From the NCBI GenBank assembly GCA_963765675.1, contig CAVXXK010000001.1:1280001-1344000 (forward strand): DNA of 64,000 nucleotides, in the 5' to 3' direction. This stretch comes from an uncultured delta proteobacterium. Its GTDB lineage: Bacteria; Desulfobacterota; Binatia; Binatales; Binataceae. Below the pieces are notes generated by a model. It did no database searches. It was given only the letters and a program-made list of their open reading frames with translations, and had not been told where the DNA came from. Position 1 is the stretch's first letter, and each line of letters begins with the position of its first letter. This document shows positions 9,466-19,654 of the stretch, in pieces. The position numbers and the translations under genes are program-made.

Positions 9466-10668
9466 ATGACCATGCCCTTTCGCGTCGCGTGTCTCGTCAC
9501 GCACCCGATCCAGTACCAGGCGCCGATGTTCCGCTATCTGGCGGCGTCGCCCGAGATCGACCTCACAGTTCTTTTCCTAAGTGACCTCTCGACGCGCGAA
9601 TACCACGACCGTGGCTTCGGCGTAGCATTTAAGTGGGACGTTCCGTTGCTCAATGGATATCGCAGCGAATTTTTACCTGCGCTTGGCGCTATCAATCAGA
9701 TCTCGTTCTGGCGTCCCTTCACCCGCGCGATTCGCAGCCGCCTGCGCGCGGGTCGCTTCGACGCTCTATGGATCCACGGCTATGCGCATCAGGCGATGCT
9801 CCGTGCAATCGCGGCGGCGCGCTCGCTCGGAATCAGGGTGCTGATGCGCGGTGAGTCGCATCATGGGAGCGAGAGCCGCTCCGCGCTGACGCGGATGCTA
9901 AAACGCCGCACGCTGCCCGCGATGCTGCGCCGCGTCGATGCCTGCCTGCCTATCGGCGCGCGCAACCGCGAATACTATCTTGCCTACGGAGTTCCTGAAT
10001 CAAAGTTGTTCGCGATGCCCTATGCGGTGGACAACGAATTCTTCCGCGCCGGTGCCGAAGCGGCGCGCCCCGGCCGCGAGCAGTTGCGCGCCGCGCTGGG
10101 ACTTGCACCTGGACGCCCGATAATCCTGTTCGCCTCTAAGCTGCAGCCGCGCAAGCGCGCCGGCGATCTGATCGAGGCGTGCGCCGCGATCAAATCTCCG
10201 CCGCGCCCATATCTGCTGATCGTCGGCGACGGCGAAGAGCGCGCGGCGCTTCAGGCTCGCGCGCACGAGCGTGGGCTCGACGGCTCGGTCCGCTTCCTGG
10301 GATTTCAAAACCAGACCGAGCTTCCGCGTCTATATGATCTCTGCGACGTATTCGTGCTCCCGTCACAGGCGGAGCCGTGGGGATTGGTCCTGAATGAAGT
10401 GATGAATGCCGCCAAGCCGATCATCGCAAGCGACGCGGTGGGCGCCGCACCCGACCTGGTAATTGAAGGCGGCAATGGCTTCGCTTATCCGGTCGGCGAT
10501 ATCGCCGCGCTCACGCGAGCGCTCGAGCGCGTTATCAGCAGCCCCGAGCACGCAGCCGCGATGGGCGCGAAGAGCCTGGAAGTCGTCGCCCGATACAGCT
10601 TCGAAGCCGACCGCGCGGGCCTGCTCGCCGCACTCGCCGCCGTAACCGGCCGCGCCGCGGAAAATTGA
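9466..10668 (+). CDS. Glycosyltransferase family 4
   Basis: THPIQYQAP N-terminus; DVFVLPSQAEPWGLVLNEVMNA. Confidence 0.92.
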   Translation: MTMPFRVACLVTHPIQYQAPMFRYLAASPEIDLTVLFLSDLSTREYHDRGFGVAFKWDVPLLNGYRSEFLPALGAINQISFWRPFTRAIRSRLRAGRFDALWIHGYAHQAMLRAIAAARSLGIRVLMRGESHHGSESRSALTRMLKRRTLPAMLRRVDACLPIGARNREYYLAYGVPESKLFAMPYAVDNEFFRAGAEAARPGREQLRAALGLAPGRPIILFASKLQPRKRAGDLIEACAAIKSPPRPYLLIVGDGEERAALQARAHERGLDGSVRFLGFQNQTELPRLYDLCDVFVLPSQAEPWGLVLNEVMNAAKPIIASDAVGAAPDLVIEGGNGFAYPVGDIAALTRALERVISSPEHAAAMGAKSLEVVARYSFEADRAGLLAALAAVTGRAAEN

Positions 10669-10669
10669 G

Positions 10670-12016
10670 ATGACGGCGACGCACCCGAGCCTCAGGCGCA
10701 ATGTCGCGTGGAGCTACGTCAATTGGATCGCAGGCTTTGCGGCTCCGCTCATCCTGATTCCCCTCTACGTTCGGCTGCTCGGTCATCAGCTTTACGGCGA
10801 ATGGCTCGTGATCGTGAGCATCGCTTCCTATCTCGGCCTTGCGAATCTTGGCTCGTGGCAAGCGGTCGGTAATCGAATTGCCGAGGCGATCACGCAGGGG
10901 CGACGCGACGAGGTCGGCCGCCTGATGTCCACCGGATTCATCGCCTACAGCGCGATCATGTCGGTGATGGTGCTGGTCGCGTTGGCGGCAGCGTCCCTCT
11001 TTGCGCGTCGGATTCTGCCCGCCCTCGACGGCAAAGCGCTTATCGCTTTTTACGTTTTCATCGCGCTTTCCGCGTTAGGATTTCCGCTGAGCGCGTACTC
11101 GGTGATGCTGCGCGCGTTCGAGCGGGTCGATATCGAACAGCGGATCAACGCCTGCTCGAGCCTTTTTCGGATCGCTGCGATGGCCGCGGTCCTGCTCGCC
11201 GGCCTCAAGCTGATCGCGGTGGCGGTTATTCAGGGCGGCGCGATGCTTGCGACCGGGGTAGCGTCGTACTTCTGGGCGGTTAGGCTCGACGCGGATGCGC
11301 GTCCGCGCGTGTCGCGCTGGTCCACATCGCTGCTTGCGAGCCTGGTCAAACCCAGCATCGGTTTCTTCGGTTTGTCGGTCGCCTCGACGCTGGCTTTCGG
11401 GGTCGACAACCTGGTGATTGGTTACGTGATGGGAGCGCGCGCCGTCACGCAGTACGCTGTCCCGTTCCGGCTGATGACGATCGTCTCGGGCGGCTTTGCA
11501 GTAGGGATTTCCGCGCTGTGGCCGACTATCACCAGGTTTCACGCCGGCGACAGGTTGGGCGAGCTTCGGCGTGGACTGGTCATGCTGATGCGCCTGGGGT
11601 TGGTAATTGGCGGCGCGGCGGCTATCGGACTGTGGTTTCTTGGTCCGGAGTTCATCCGTATCTGGGCGGGACCAGGCGTATTCCCCGGCCGTGCGACGTT
11701 CGGCCTTCAGATCGCTCTGATGGTCACACAGATGCTGCTGACTCCTGCCGACGCGGTTCTGATGGCGACCACGCGGCATTATGGATACGCCACGCTCGCG
11801 GTAGTTGAGGGCGCGCTCAATCTTGGCTTGTCGTTGTGGTGGGTTCGTTATTGGGGACTGGCGGGAGTGATCGGAGCCACGGTCGCGGCGCGGCTGCTTA
11901 CCAACGGATGGTACATGCCGGTGGCCGCGCTCAGAACGATCGGGATGAGCGGAAGCGAATTTCTCCGCGCACTCATGCAAACCGGAAACGGCGCGATCGC
12001 AAATGAATCGGCTTGA
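10670..12016 (+). CDS. Wzx-type polysaccharide flippase
   Basis: About 12 TM segments; PLYVRLLGHQLYGEW; DNLVIGYVMGARAVTQY. Confidence 0.88.
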   Translation: MTATHPSLRRNVAWSYVNWIAGFAAPLILIPLYVRLLGHQLYGEWLVIVSIASYLGLANLGSWQAVGNRIAEAITQGRRDEVGRLMSTGFIAYSAIMSVMVLVALAAASLFARRILPALDGKALIAFYVFIALSALGFPLSAYSVMLRAFERVDIEQRINACSSLFRIAAMAAVLLAGLKLIAVAVIQGGAMLATGVASYFWAVRLDADARPRVSRWSTSLLASLVKPSIGFFGLSVASTLAFGVDNLVIGYVMGARAVTQYAVPFRLMTIVSGGFAVGISALWPTITRFHAGDRLGELRRGLVMLMRLGLVIGGAAAIGLWFLGPEFIRIWAGPGVFPGRATFGLQIALMVTQMLLTPADAVLMATTRHYGYATLAVVEGALNLGLSLWWVRYWGLAGVIGATVAARLLTNGWYMPVAALRTIGMSGSEFLRALMQTGNGAIANESA

Positions 12017-12824
12017 GCGGATCAGCGGCGCGCTGCGCCATGCGCCCGGCCTTGAGCGCGCAGATTGGCTTTGGAGCCATGTGCGCCCGCTCTATGATCG
12101 TGTTCTTTGCGCCTCGTTCGGCGGACGCGGGCTCGAACGCGTCGTCAACGGCAGCGACCGAATCCTCCTGAGCCCGCGCTCGCGCCACTTCACGAGCGAA
12201 GTCTACGAGCCCGAGGTATGGCGCGCCGTGATGAGCCATACCCGCGATGGCGACACGATTGCAGAGGTCGGCGCGAGTATCGGTATCTATACGCTCGCGC
12301 TTGCCAGTCGCGTCGGCATCGATGGCCGCGTGTTTGCCTTCGAGCCCGATCCTGAAAGCGCGGCGGAACTCGAAGCCAACGTCGCGATCAACGGATGGCA
12401 GAATCGCATCAGCGTTACGCGTTCCGTGGTGGGCGAGACTGCCGGTGAGGTGAGCTTTGCATGCGCTCGTGGAGTGGAATCGCACGTCGCGAGCGTCGCG
12501 GATTCATCAGACGCGTCGATTCGGGTCCCGATGGTTACGCTCGATAGCGTGTTTCCCAATTCGCGTGTGGACTTGCTGAAGATCGACGTCGAAGGTTACG
12601 AGGAGCCAGTCTTGCGCGGAGCCGATGCGCTGCTCGCTGACCGGGCGCGTCGACCCCGCGCGATCGTCGTCGAGGTCCATCCGTTCGCGTGGAAAGCCGT
12701 CGGAACGACGAGCGACTCGATTCTCGGTCTGCTAACCGGCGCGGGCTATCGCGTGGAGTCGCCCGACGGCGTTCCCATCAGCCTCATATCCGACTATGGC
12801 CATATCGTTGCCACCTTGCTCTAG
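12003..12824 (+). CDS. FkbM-family methyltransferase
   Basis: EVGASIGIY, FAFEPDP, LLKIDVEGYE. Confidence 0.92.
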   Translation: MNRLERISGALRHAPGLERADWLWSHVRPLYDRVLCASFGGRGLERVVNGSDRILLSPRSRHFTSEVYEPEVWRAVMSHTRDGDTIAEVGASIGIYTLALASRVGIDGRVFAFEPDPESAAELEANVAINGWQNRISVTRSVVGETAGEVSFACARGVESHVASVADSSDASIRVPMVTLDSVFPNSRVDLLKIDVEGYEEPVLRGADALLADRARRPRAIVVEVHPFAWKAVGTTSDSILGLLTGAGYRVESPDGVPISLISDYGHIVATLL

Positions 12825-12872
12825 CACTGCGAGATCGGTCCTTGTTTTCGTCCGCCGCTACGGGGGCGCAGC

Positions 12873-13802
12873 ATGAACCCGGGATGGACTTCCGCGGAGC
12901 TGGCAGCTCGCCTCGATTGCCCCGGCTGCGGTGCAGCTCCCGACGGCTCTGTCGTCGCGCGGCGCGGCGACGGGCTGCCGTTGCGGGCTTGCGGCGCATG
13001 TGGAGTTCTATTTGTCGATCCGATGCCGACCGCGGCGGCGTTGCTGCTGCGTTATCAGAATGGCTACTTCTCCGGCGCTGCAGATTTCTTCAACGGACAA
13101 AATTATTGCGAGGCGCGTGATCGCGCGATCGCGCAAGGCACTGTCACAGGGTATCGGGAGCTCGCCGCCAACTTCGATCTGGCCGGGAAATCCGTGCTCG
13201 ATATCGGATGCGCCAGCGGCGCCTTGCTCCAGAGCCTCAGCCGGCTGGGGACGCGGAGACTGGTCGGGATCGATATCGCCGATGAGCCGCTGAATTTCGG
13301 CCGCACGCGTTATGGCCTCGATCTGCGCCGTGCCGAGCTCGCGCAGGCCGGCTTTGCGCCGGGTGAGTTCGACCTGATTCTGATGATCGATGTGATCGAG
13401 CACGTGACCGAGCTCAACGCTTTCGTCCGCGAGGCGGCGCGATGCCTCGCTGACGGCGGCGCGATCTATCTCTCGACACCCGATGCGGGCGGATTGCGCG
13501 CGGCGGGCGATCGCTGGTGGCATCTTTCCATCAACTACGAGCACGTCCATTACCTGTCGCGCGAGAGTCTTGGCCTGCTGGCGCGGCGTCACGGGCTCGA
13601 GGTCGTCAAATCGTGGTCCGAAGGTTATCCCGTCGCTCCGAAACAATACCGGCTGGGTACGATGCCCCGGTCACTCCGGCTTGCGCTTGAACCCCACGTC
13701 GCGATCCAAAACTCGATGATTCGGTTTCGCTACCGGCATGCGGCCGAACGCGGGCAAGGCGTCCAGCTGAACGCGATCCTGCGCCGATCCATCGATGGAT
13801 GA
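12873..13802 (+). CDS. Class I SAM methyltransferase with N-terminal zinc ribbon
   Basis: CPGC...CGAC; VLDIGCASG; DVIEHV; STPD. Confidence 0.9.
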   Translation: MNPGWTSAELAARLDCPGCGAAPDGSVVARRGDGLPLRACGACGVLFVDPMPTAAALLLRYQNGYFSGAADFFNGQNYCEARDRAIAQGTVTGYRELAANFDLAGKSVLDIGCASGALLQSLSRLGTRRLVGIDIADEPLNFGRTRYGLDLRRAELAQAGFAPGEFDLILMIDVIEHVTELNAFVREAARCLADGGAIYLSTPDAGGLRAAGDRWWHLSINYEHVHYLSRESLGLLARRHGLEVVKSWSEGYPVAPKQYRLGTMPRSLRLALEPHVAIQNSMIRFRYRHAAERGQGVQLNAILRRSIDG

Positions 13803-15228
13803 TCCTCTGACTATGGCTACATCATCGCCGCCGCGGATTGATGCCGTATGCGCCCGCGCCATCGCGCCGGTCTCGCGTCCAGCGATCCTGGTCGTGATGT
13901 ATGCCAACCCCGATTATCATCCGCCGACGGTCAATGGCGTGCGCGTGATGAGCGAGCGCTTCGACGTGCATATCGTCTGCCGCAACGACGCCGGCCCCGC
14001 AGCCGATTGGCCATCCGCGGTCAAAATCGAGAGGGTTGGCGATCTCCTGACCGCGGAGCAGGGTTTCGAGGCGCGCGCCTGGCGCAAGCTGTCATGGTAC
14101 CGAAGATTTGTTCGGCGAGTTCACAGCCTGATCGCGCAAACCCAACCGGCATTGATCTATGCCTATGACCCGATCGGCTTTGCGGCGACGATCTCTGCGC
14201 TCGGACCCGGGCGTAGGGAAATTCCGGTCGTGTTTCATTGCCATGACACGCCGTCGCTCGACCGCCCGCGAGTCACGTCGCTCCAACACTGGATTTTCCG
14301 CTACGCGGCGCGGCACACCCGCGATGCCGCGTTCACGATCTTTCCGTCGAAATATCGCGCGCCGATCTGGCTGGGAAAGGCAGGTGATCCGCGCCCGCCG
14401 ATGATCATACCCAATGGCGCCGCGCGCGATTTCTATCCCCCGCGCGAGGATTGGAGCGCGCTGGCACGTCGCCGTTGGGAATCAAAACGTGTCCTCTACC
14501 TCGGTTCGATGGCCGCCGGAAACGGACAGCCCGAGGCGCTGCGCGCGCTCGATTCCCTGGCCGCCCCGGCCTTTCTGGATTTGGTGGGGTTCAGCACGCC
14601 GGAATTTCGCCGTCAGCTATCCGAACTGGCCGCCGCGCTTGGAGTTGAGGCGCGCGTGAGTATCGCGGGATGGGTGCCAAACCCGGAGCGCATCCGGCGC
14701 GCCGAGGATGCGGCGGTCGGGTTGGTGTTGTATCGCGCGGTTAACCCGAACTGGGAGCATTCGGGCTCGTCGCCAAACAAGCTGTTCGAGTATGCGGCGT
14801 GGGGATTGCCGGTTGTGGTGCCGGACCGCAAGAGCTTCCGCGAGTTCTTCGTGGACGACGAATGGGTCGCATACGCCGATCCTGAGAATCCGGCATCGAT
14901 CGCGGGCGCGATCGCGTACATCCTGGCCGATCGCGAGCGCTATATCGCGATGAGCCTCGCCGCGCGCCGCGCTCACGAAACGAAATACAACTACGAGCAT
15001 GTCTTCGCTCCGGTACTGGAGAGACTCTGCGAGTTGGCCGGCGTGTCGCAAGGCCCGGCGACGCAACGCCAAGGGACGTTTAATGATCGAGATTATGAAC
15101 TGGGAATGAAGCGGCGAAGGATATCGCGCTGCGGCGCGCCGGTCTGCCACTATCGCCAATCGGGCGCTGCTGATTCTGCAGTATGGCGGCTTTCGCCGCA
15201 TCCGACGATGAGTCGCTCGCGAGGCTGA
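13795..15228 (+). CDS. Glycosyltransferase family 4 (true stop probably TAA 15081-15083; extra tail likely from an indel)
   Basis: SSPNKLFEYAAWGLPVV motif; an out-of-frame TAATG junction at 15081-15085 suggests the real end. Confidence 0.85.
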   Translation: MDDPLTMATSSPPRIDAVCARAIAPVSRPAILVVMYANPDYHPPTVNGVRVMSERFDVHIVCRNDAGPAADWPSAVKIERVGDLLTAEQGFEARAWRKLSWYRRFVRRVHSLIAQTQPALIYAYDPIGFAATISALGPGRREIPVVFHCHDTPSLDRPRVTSLQHWIFRYAARHTRDAAFTIFPSKYRAPIWLGKAGDPRPPMIIPNGAARDFYPPREDWSALARRRWESKRVLYLGSMAAGNGQPEALRALDSLAAPAFLDLVGFSTPEFRRQLSELAAALGVEARVSIAGWVPNPERIRRAEDAAVGLVLYRAVNPNWEHSGSSPNKLFEYAAWGLPVVVPDRKSFREFFVDDEWVAYADPENPASIAGAIAYILADRERYIAMSLAARRAHETKYNYEHVFAPVLERLCELAGVSQGPATQRQGTFNDRDYELGMKRRRISRCGAPVCHYRQSGAADSAVWRLSPHPTMSRSRG

Positions 15229-15925
15229 CTCGGCGCATCGATCGCCCGGGCCGATCGCTTCTGCCGACGAGGTCGAACACGACCGCGGGTTCACCGCCGA
15301 CATCCGCGGACGGTCTACCGCGAGCACGATTACGCTACATTTCCGCTGCCGACTGATTTCATGGTCGCGCCTGGCCGGCGGCACCATGTTCTTTTCGTAT
15401 GTGGCGACTTTATGCGCTGACCCGGATCATAGGCCCTGAAAGAATCGTCGAGACCGGAGGCACTCCCGGCAAATCCTCCGCTTTTATATTGCGCGCACTC
15501 GAACGCAACGGCACCGGCCATCTATGGACCGTCGATCTCGCTCCGCCGCCTGCGGAGGGCCGCGAACTGAACCCTGTGGACGGGCACTCCTTCACGCCGC
15601 ATGGGCTGATTCGGGATGGGCGATTCCGAGCGCTCTGCTCCAGCGCCACACCGTTGTGGCAGGCGACGCGCGCGAAAAATTGCCGCCGCTGCTTCAGTCA
15701 CTCGGCTCGATCGATGTCTTCATTCACGACAGCGATCATTCCTACGAGCACATGAGATGGGAATTCGAGACTGCATTTCCCTACGTCAGGCCGGAAGGCG
15801 TGATCTGGAGCGACGATATCCTGGGCAACTCAGCATGGCCGGATTTCTGCCAGTCGCACGGATTGGATCGATGCGACTTCACCAGCCAGGGCGCCGCGCG
15901 CAAACGAACGGCGAGAAGCAAGTGA
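15083..15925 (+). pseudogene. Class I SAM methyltransferase (Methyltransf_24-like) broken by multiple frameshifts
   Basis: IVETGGTPGKSSAFILRAL (frame of 15399) and DVFIHDSDHSYEHMRWEF...SDD (frame of 15524); several further indels in 15083-15400. Confidence 0.8.
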
Positions 15926-16638
15926 CGGTTGATCGAATGAACGAAACTGAACTTCAGCGCGCTTACTATTCAAAAACGGCGTCTGCGTACGATGAGTCGC
16001 ACCTCCATGAAGGCGACGCGCATTTCTTTGCCCTGTGGTGGCTTTCGTCGATCATTGAATACACCGGCGCGCGATCTGTGCTCGATATCGGTAGCGGCAC
16101 CGGCCGTGCGCTGCGCTTCCTCGCGGAGCGGCACCCGAAGTTGAGACTTCTGGGAATTGAACCAGTCGCGGAGCTCCGTGACCGCGCATACGAGCAAGGC
16201 GTGCCAAGGGATCGTCTCGTTGCAGGTGATGCCCTTAGACTTGCCGACGAGGCCAACTCATTCGACATCGTGTGCGAATTTGGCGCGCTGCACCATATTC
16301 GCGATCACACGCAGGCCGCCTGCGAGATGGCGCGAGTGGCCTCACTGGGCGTATTTCTCTCCGACGCTAACAATTTCGGCCAGGGGTCGTTTTTCTCGAG
16401 GAGCCTCAAGCAGATTCTTCACGCAGTCTGGCTATGGCCGATTGCGAAATTCCTAAAGAGCGGGGGCAAGGGATACGAGTATTCCGAAGGGGATGGAGTT
16501 TACTATAGCTATTCAATCTTCAGTTCATTGCCGGTCGTTAGAGCTAAATTCCCGATCGTTCATCAGCTCAACACCAGCCCCGCGAGCGCGAACCTCTATC
16601 GCACTGCCTCGACGGTCGCGGTTTTCGCGAGGAAATGA
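15922..16638 (+). CDS. Class I SAM methyltransferase
   Basis: VLDIGSGTG, GIEP, GALHH; GTG overlaps the upstream TGA (alternative ATG at 15937). Confidence 0.88.
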   Translation: MTVDRMNETELQRAYYSKTASAYDESHLHEGDAHFFALWWLSSIIEYTGARSVLDIGSGTGRALRFLAERHPKLRLLGIEPVAELRDRAYEQGVPRDRLVAGDALRLADEANSFDIVCEFGALHHIRDHTQAACEMARVASLGVFLSDANNFGQGSFFSRSLKQILHAVWLWPIAKFLKSGGKGYEYSEGDGVYYSYSIFSSLPVVRAKFPIVHQLNTSPASANLYRTASTVAVFARK

Positions 16639-16656
16639 GCCAAGGGCTTTGCCGCG

Positions 16657-17952
16657 ATGGCTAACCCGCTGATTGGCATTATAGGACGGCATCCCGTGGG
16701 CCACGTCAGCGGCCATGCCCAGTCGAAAGCGCGCGATATCTCCCTGTTGGCGGTGGTCGCGGGAGCGATAGCATTGGTGGCGCTTCTGATGGTCAGGTTC
16801 AGCGCGCCAACTCCGGGGTTGCTCGACCATGCCCGGGTATTTGCGGCCACCGGCCGCGAAACGATGCCCTTCTTCCAGACCGGATACGTCGTGATGCTAG
16901 CGGCTGGCCTGTTGCTCGGAGGGGAACATGGGATCATTGGTCTGCAGGCCATTGCCTATATCGCCGACGTGCTGCTCGCGTATGTGTTGGTAATTTCCGC
17001 TGGCGGAAGCCGGCGCGCCGCGATCGCGGCCGGACTCATCCTCGCGGTCCATCCGTATCTTGTCTTCAATATCAAAAGGATCGTCGATAACAACCTCGCT
17101 ATTCCGGCTTTGCTGATTGCCACGTTTGCGATCGTTACCGCATGGCGAAATCAGGCACCGAGATTTCTTACCGTGCTCGGCGAGGGAATCGCGATTGGAT
17201 TCGCGATGTTTTCGCGGTCAAACTTCGCGCTGCTTCTGATTCTTATCGTGGCCGCGTTTGTGGTGCGCGGGAATTGGAAGCAGGGATTCTCTGCGGCTGC
17301 TATCGCAATCGCGATTGTGCTGACCGGCAATCGTGTTACCGGTGGATACTGGCGCCTTAGCCCGTCGGAGGGCGGATATACTTTCTATATCGGTGCCAAC
17401 CCGTTCACCGCGGAGGCATTGATTCGATATTACAACCCCGAACCGTCTCTGGCAGCCGCCGCGGCTGCAGACGGGATCGACTTCGAAGGTCTCCCGCCCT
17501 ACACCTTCGCAAATTCACACGAAGCATTGTTTTGGCGGCTTGGGCTCGCATACGTCGTGGGTCACCCTTTCGACTATGCCTGGTTGGGGGTGCTCAAGCT
17601 GGTGACGCTATTGCGGCCGGACTATCGACAGGTTGGCCGGTCGATGACCGCGTCGGCGCCGGTTCTGATTTTGGTACAGACACTGCTTGCTCTGATTGTT
17701 CCCGGTTGGGTGGTGCTGCGGCTGATTCTTAGACACGAAGTTGGCCTCTTCGACGGAATCTGGGCGATCCCGATCGTGGTGATCCTCCTGCTTGCGGTCG
17801 TGCTGGTGGCAGGCGACCCGCGCTACAGACTGACTGTAGAGGCGATAGCCATTATCGATAGCGCATGGTGCTACGACGCGTGGCGGCGACACGCTGTCCC
17901 ATCATTTGCGACTGTGTCTGAGATGCGATCGCGGAGAAACCGAAAACCATGA
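16657..17952 (+). CDS. Polytopic membrane protein, GT-C/ArnT-PMT-like glycosyltransferase
   Basis: Many TM segments; GGYTFYIGANP; DPRYRL near the C-terminus. Confidence 0.65.
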   Translation: MANPLIGIIGRHPVGHVSGHAQSKARDISLLAVVAGAIALVALLMVRFSAPTPGLLDHARVFAATGRETMPFFQTGYVVMLAAGLLLGGEHGIIGLQAIAYIADVLLAYVLVISAGGSRRAAIAAGLILAVHPYLVFNIKRIVDNNLAIPALLIATFAIVTAWRNQAPRFLTVLGEGIAIGFAMFSRSNFALLLILIVAAFVVRGNWKQGFSAAAIAIAIVLTGNRVTGGYWRLSPSEGGYTFYIGANPFTAEALIRYYNPEPSLAAAAAADGIDFEGLPPYTFANSHEALFWRLGLAYVVGHPFDYAWLGVLKLVTLLRPDYRQVGRSMTASAPVLILVQTLLALIVPGWVVLRLILRHEVGLFDGIWAIPIVVILLLAVVLVAGDPRYRLTVEAIAIIDSAWCYDAWRRHAVPSFATVSEMRSRRNRKP

Positions 17953-17998
17953 AGAGTGCGATAGCTAGCGCGTGGATGCGCGGTCTTCCTCCAAACAG

Positions 17999-18817
17999 AT
18001 GCTGACCAGACTGCTCCATGCGGCCGCGTATCCTGAACCATATCGCGCGCGGATCGTGCGCTCGATCGTACGCCGGCTGCGGATCGGCAATTACGCCGCC
18101 CGGCTCGAAATCGAGGCGGTCGAGCGGCCGTGGTATGGATGGTGTCTCTACGGTGCCGCGTTGCAAGCCCGTGCGCTCGGCTATCGGGCGATCTCCGTGG
18201 CAGAAATGGGTGTTGCCGGCGGCAATGGCCTGCTCAATCTGTGCGATCACGCCGCCGAGATCACTCATTTGACCGGAGTATCAATCGCGATATTCGGATT
18301 CGACAGCGCGTCGGGATTGCCGCCCAGCCAGGACTATCGCGATCTGCCGTACGTATGGCCCGCCGGCTCGTTCGCAATGGACGTTGCGCGGCTCAAGGAT
18401 CGGCTTGGCACTCGCGCGACACTGAAAATCGGCGACGTGCGCGAAACTGTACGGAGCTTCCGCCCCGCCCCGTCGGCTCCATTGGGCGCTGTCATGTTCG
18501 ACCTCGATATGTACAGTTCCACCGCCGCCGCGCTCACGATCCTTGATGTTTCGGAGCGGATACCGAGGGTCTGGTGCTGGTTCGACGACATCATAGGGCA
18601 TATCGATAATCTGTATTGTGAGCGCAACGGCGAGCGCGCCGCGATCGCGGATTACAACCGGGCGCGCGGCGACGCGTTTCTTTCGCCCGCGAATTGCTCG
18701 TTCGGCCAGGTGGCCCCGCGCTATTGGCATCAGCAGATTTATGTGGACCATCGCTTCGAGCATCCGGCTTACAGTCGCTGCCTGTCTTCCGGCCGCCATG
18801 AACTCGCACTCGATTAG
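17999..18817 (+). CDS. TylF/MycF-like O-methyltransferase (putative)
   Basis: EMGVAGGNG, FGFDSASGLP, FDLDMYSST, WFDD match the TylF motif layout. Confidence 0.65.
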   Translation: MLTRLLHAAAYPEPYRARIVRSIVRRLRIGNYAARLEIEAVERPWYGWCLYGAALQARALGYRAISVAEMGVAGGNGLLNLCDHAAEITHLTGVSIAIFGFDSASGLPPSQDYRDLPYVWPAGSFAMDVARLKDRLGTRATLKIGDVRETVRSFRPAPSAPLGAVMFDLDMYSSTAAALTILDVSERIPRVWCWFDDIIGHIDNLYCERNGERAAIADYNRARGDAFLSPANCSFGQVAPRYWHQQIYVDHRFEHPAYSRCLSSGRHELALD

Positions 18818-18901
18818 CCGACCGTCGAGGCAACAATCATCGTCGGCAGCGCATACTGCCGCGGCGCGCGGCGTCGGGCGCAGGCGAAACTGAAGTCCGC
18901 C

Positions 18902-19654
18902 ATGAAGGACCCGCTGCTCAGACTCTTCGGATGGCGTGCGATGTTCATCCAGGGCGATCCAATGGTCTATGACCGCCTGTGCTGGCTCCGGCGTCATCTG
19001 CGCCCCGGTCGAATGCGAACTCTCGATGCAGGATGCGGCAATGGTGCGTTCACGCTCTACGCCGCGCGTATCGGCAATGAAGCGGTTGGGATCTCCTTCG
19101 ACGCTGCAAACAATCGCAAAGCCATCGCACGCGCTGCGATGCTCGGGATCACCGGCGCGCGATTCGTTCAGGGAGACCTGCGCCAGCTCGATACGATGCG
19201 TGCGGAGTTGGGTTCGTTCGATCAGGTGATTTGTCTCGAGACGATCGAGCACATCATGGATGACCACAAACTAGCGCGTGATCTAGGCATGATGCTTAAA
19301 CCCGGGGGGCGCCTATTTCTCAGCACGCCGAACAGCAAATGCCCTCCGATGCGCGGCGACAAGATCTCTGCGGTCGAGAATGGAGATCACGTGCGCTGGG
19401 GCTACACGCACGAAGAGATGCGCACGATCCTTTCCGACGCGGGCCTCACGACAGTTGCCGAGGAATATTGCAGTGGTCTGGTCTCGCAGAAGATCGGAAA
19501 TCTCGAGCGCAGCATCGGCGAGCTCACGCCGATGCTTGGATGGGCCGCGACCTTTCCGCTACGCGTGTTTCAGCTTGCAGATAGCGCATCCACTGAAGCG
19601 CTCGGCGCGCCTTATTTCAGTATTGCGGTGGTCGCCGAGAAGCAAAAACAGTGA
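18902..19654 (+). CDS. Class I SAM methyltransferase
   Basis: TLDAGCGNG, ETIEHI, LKPGGRLFLSTPN. Confidence 0.9.
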   Translation: MKDPLLRLFGWRAMFIQGDPMVYDRLCWLRRHLRPGRMRTLDAGCGNGAFTLYAARIGNEAVGISFDAANNRKAIARAAMLGITGARFVQGDLRQLDTMRAELGSFDQVICLETIEHIMDDHKLARDLGMMLKPGGRLFLSTPNSKCPPMRGDKISAVENGDHVRWGYTHEEMRTILSDAGLTTVAEEYCSGLVSQKIGNLERSIGELTPMLGWAATFPLRVFQLADSASTEALGAPYFSIAVVAEKQKQ

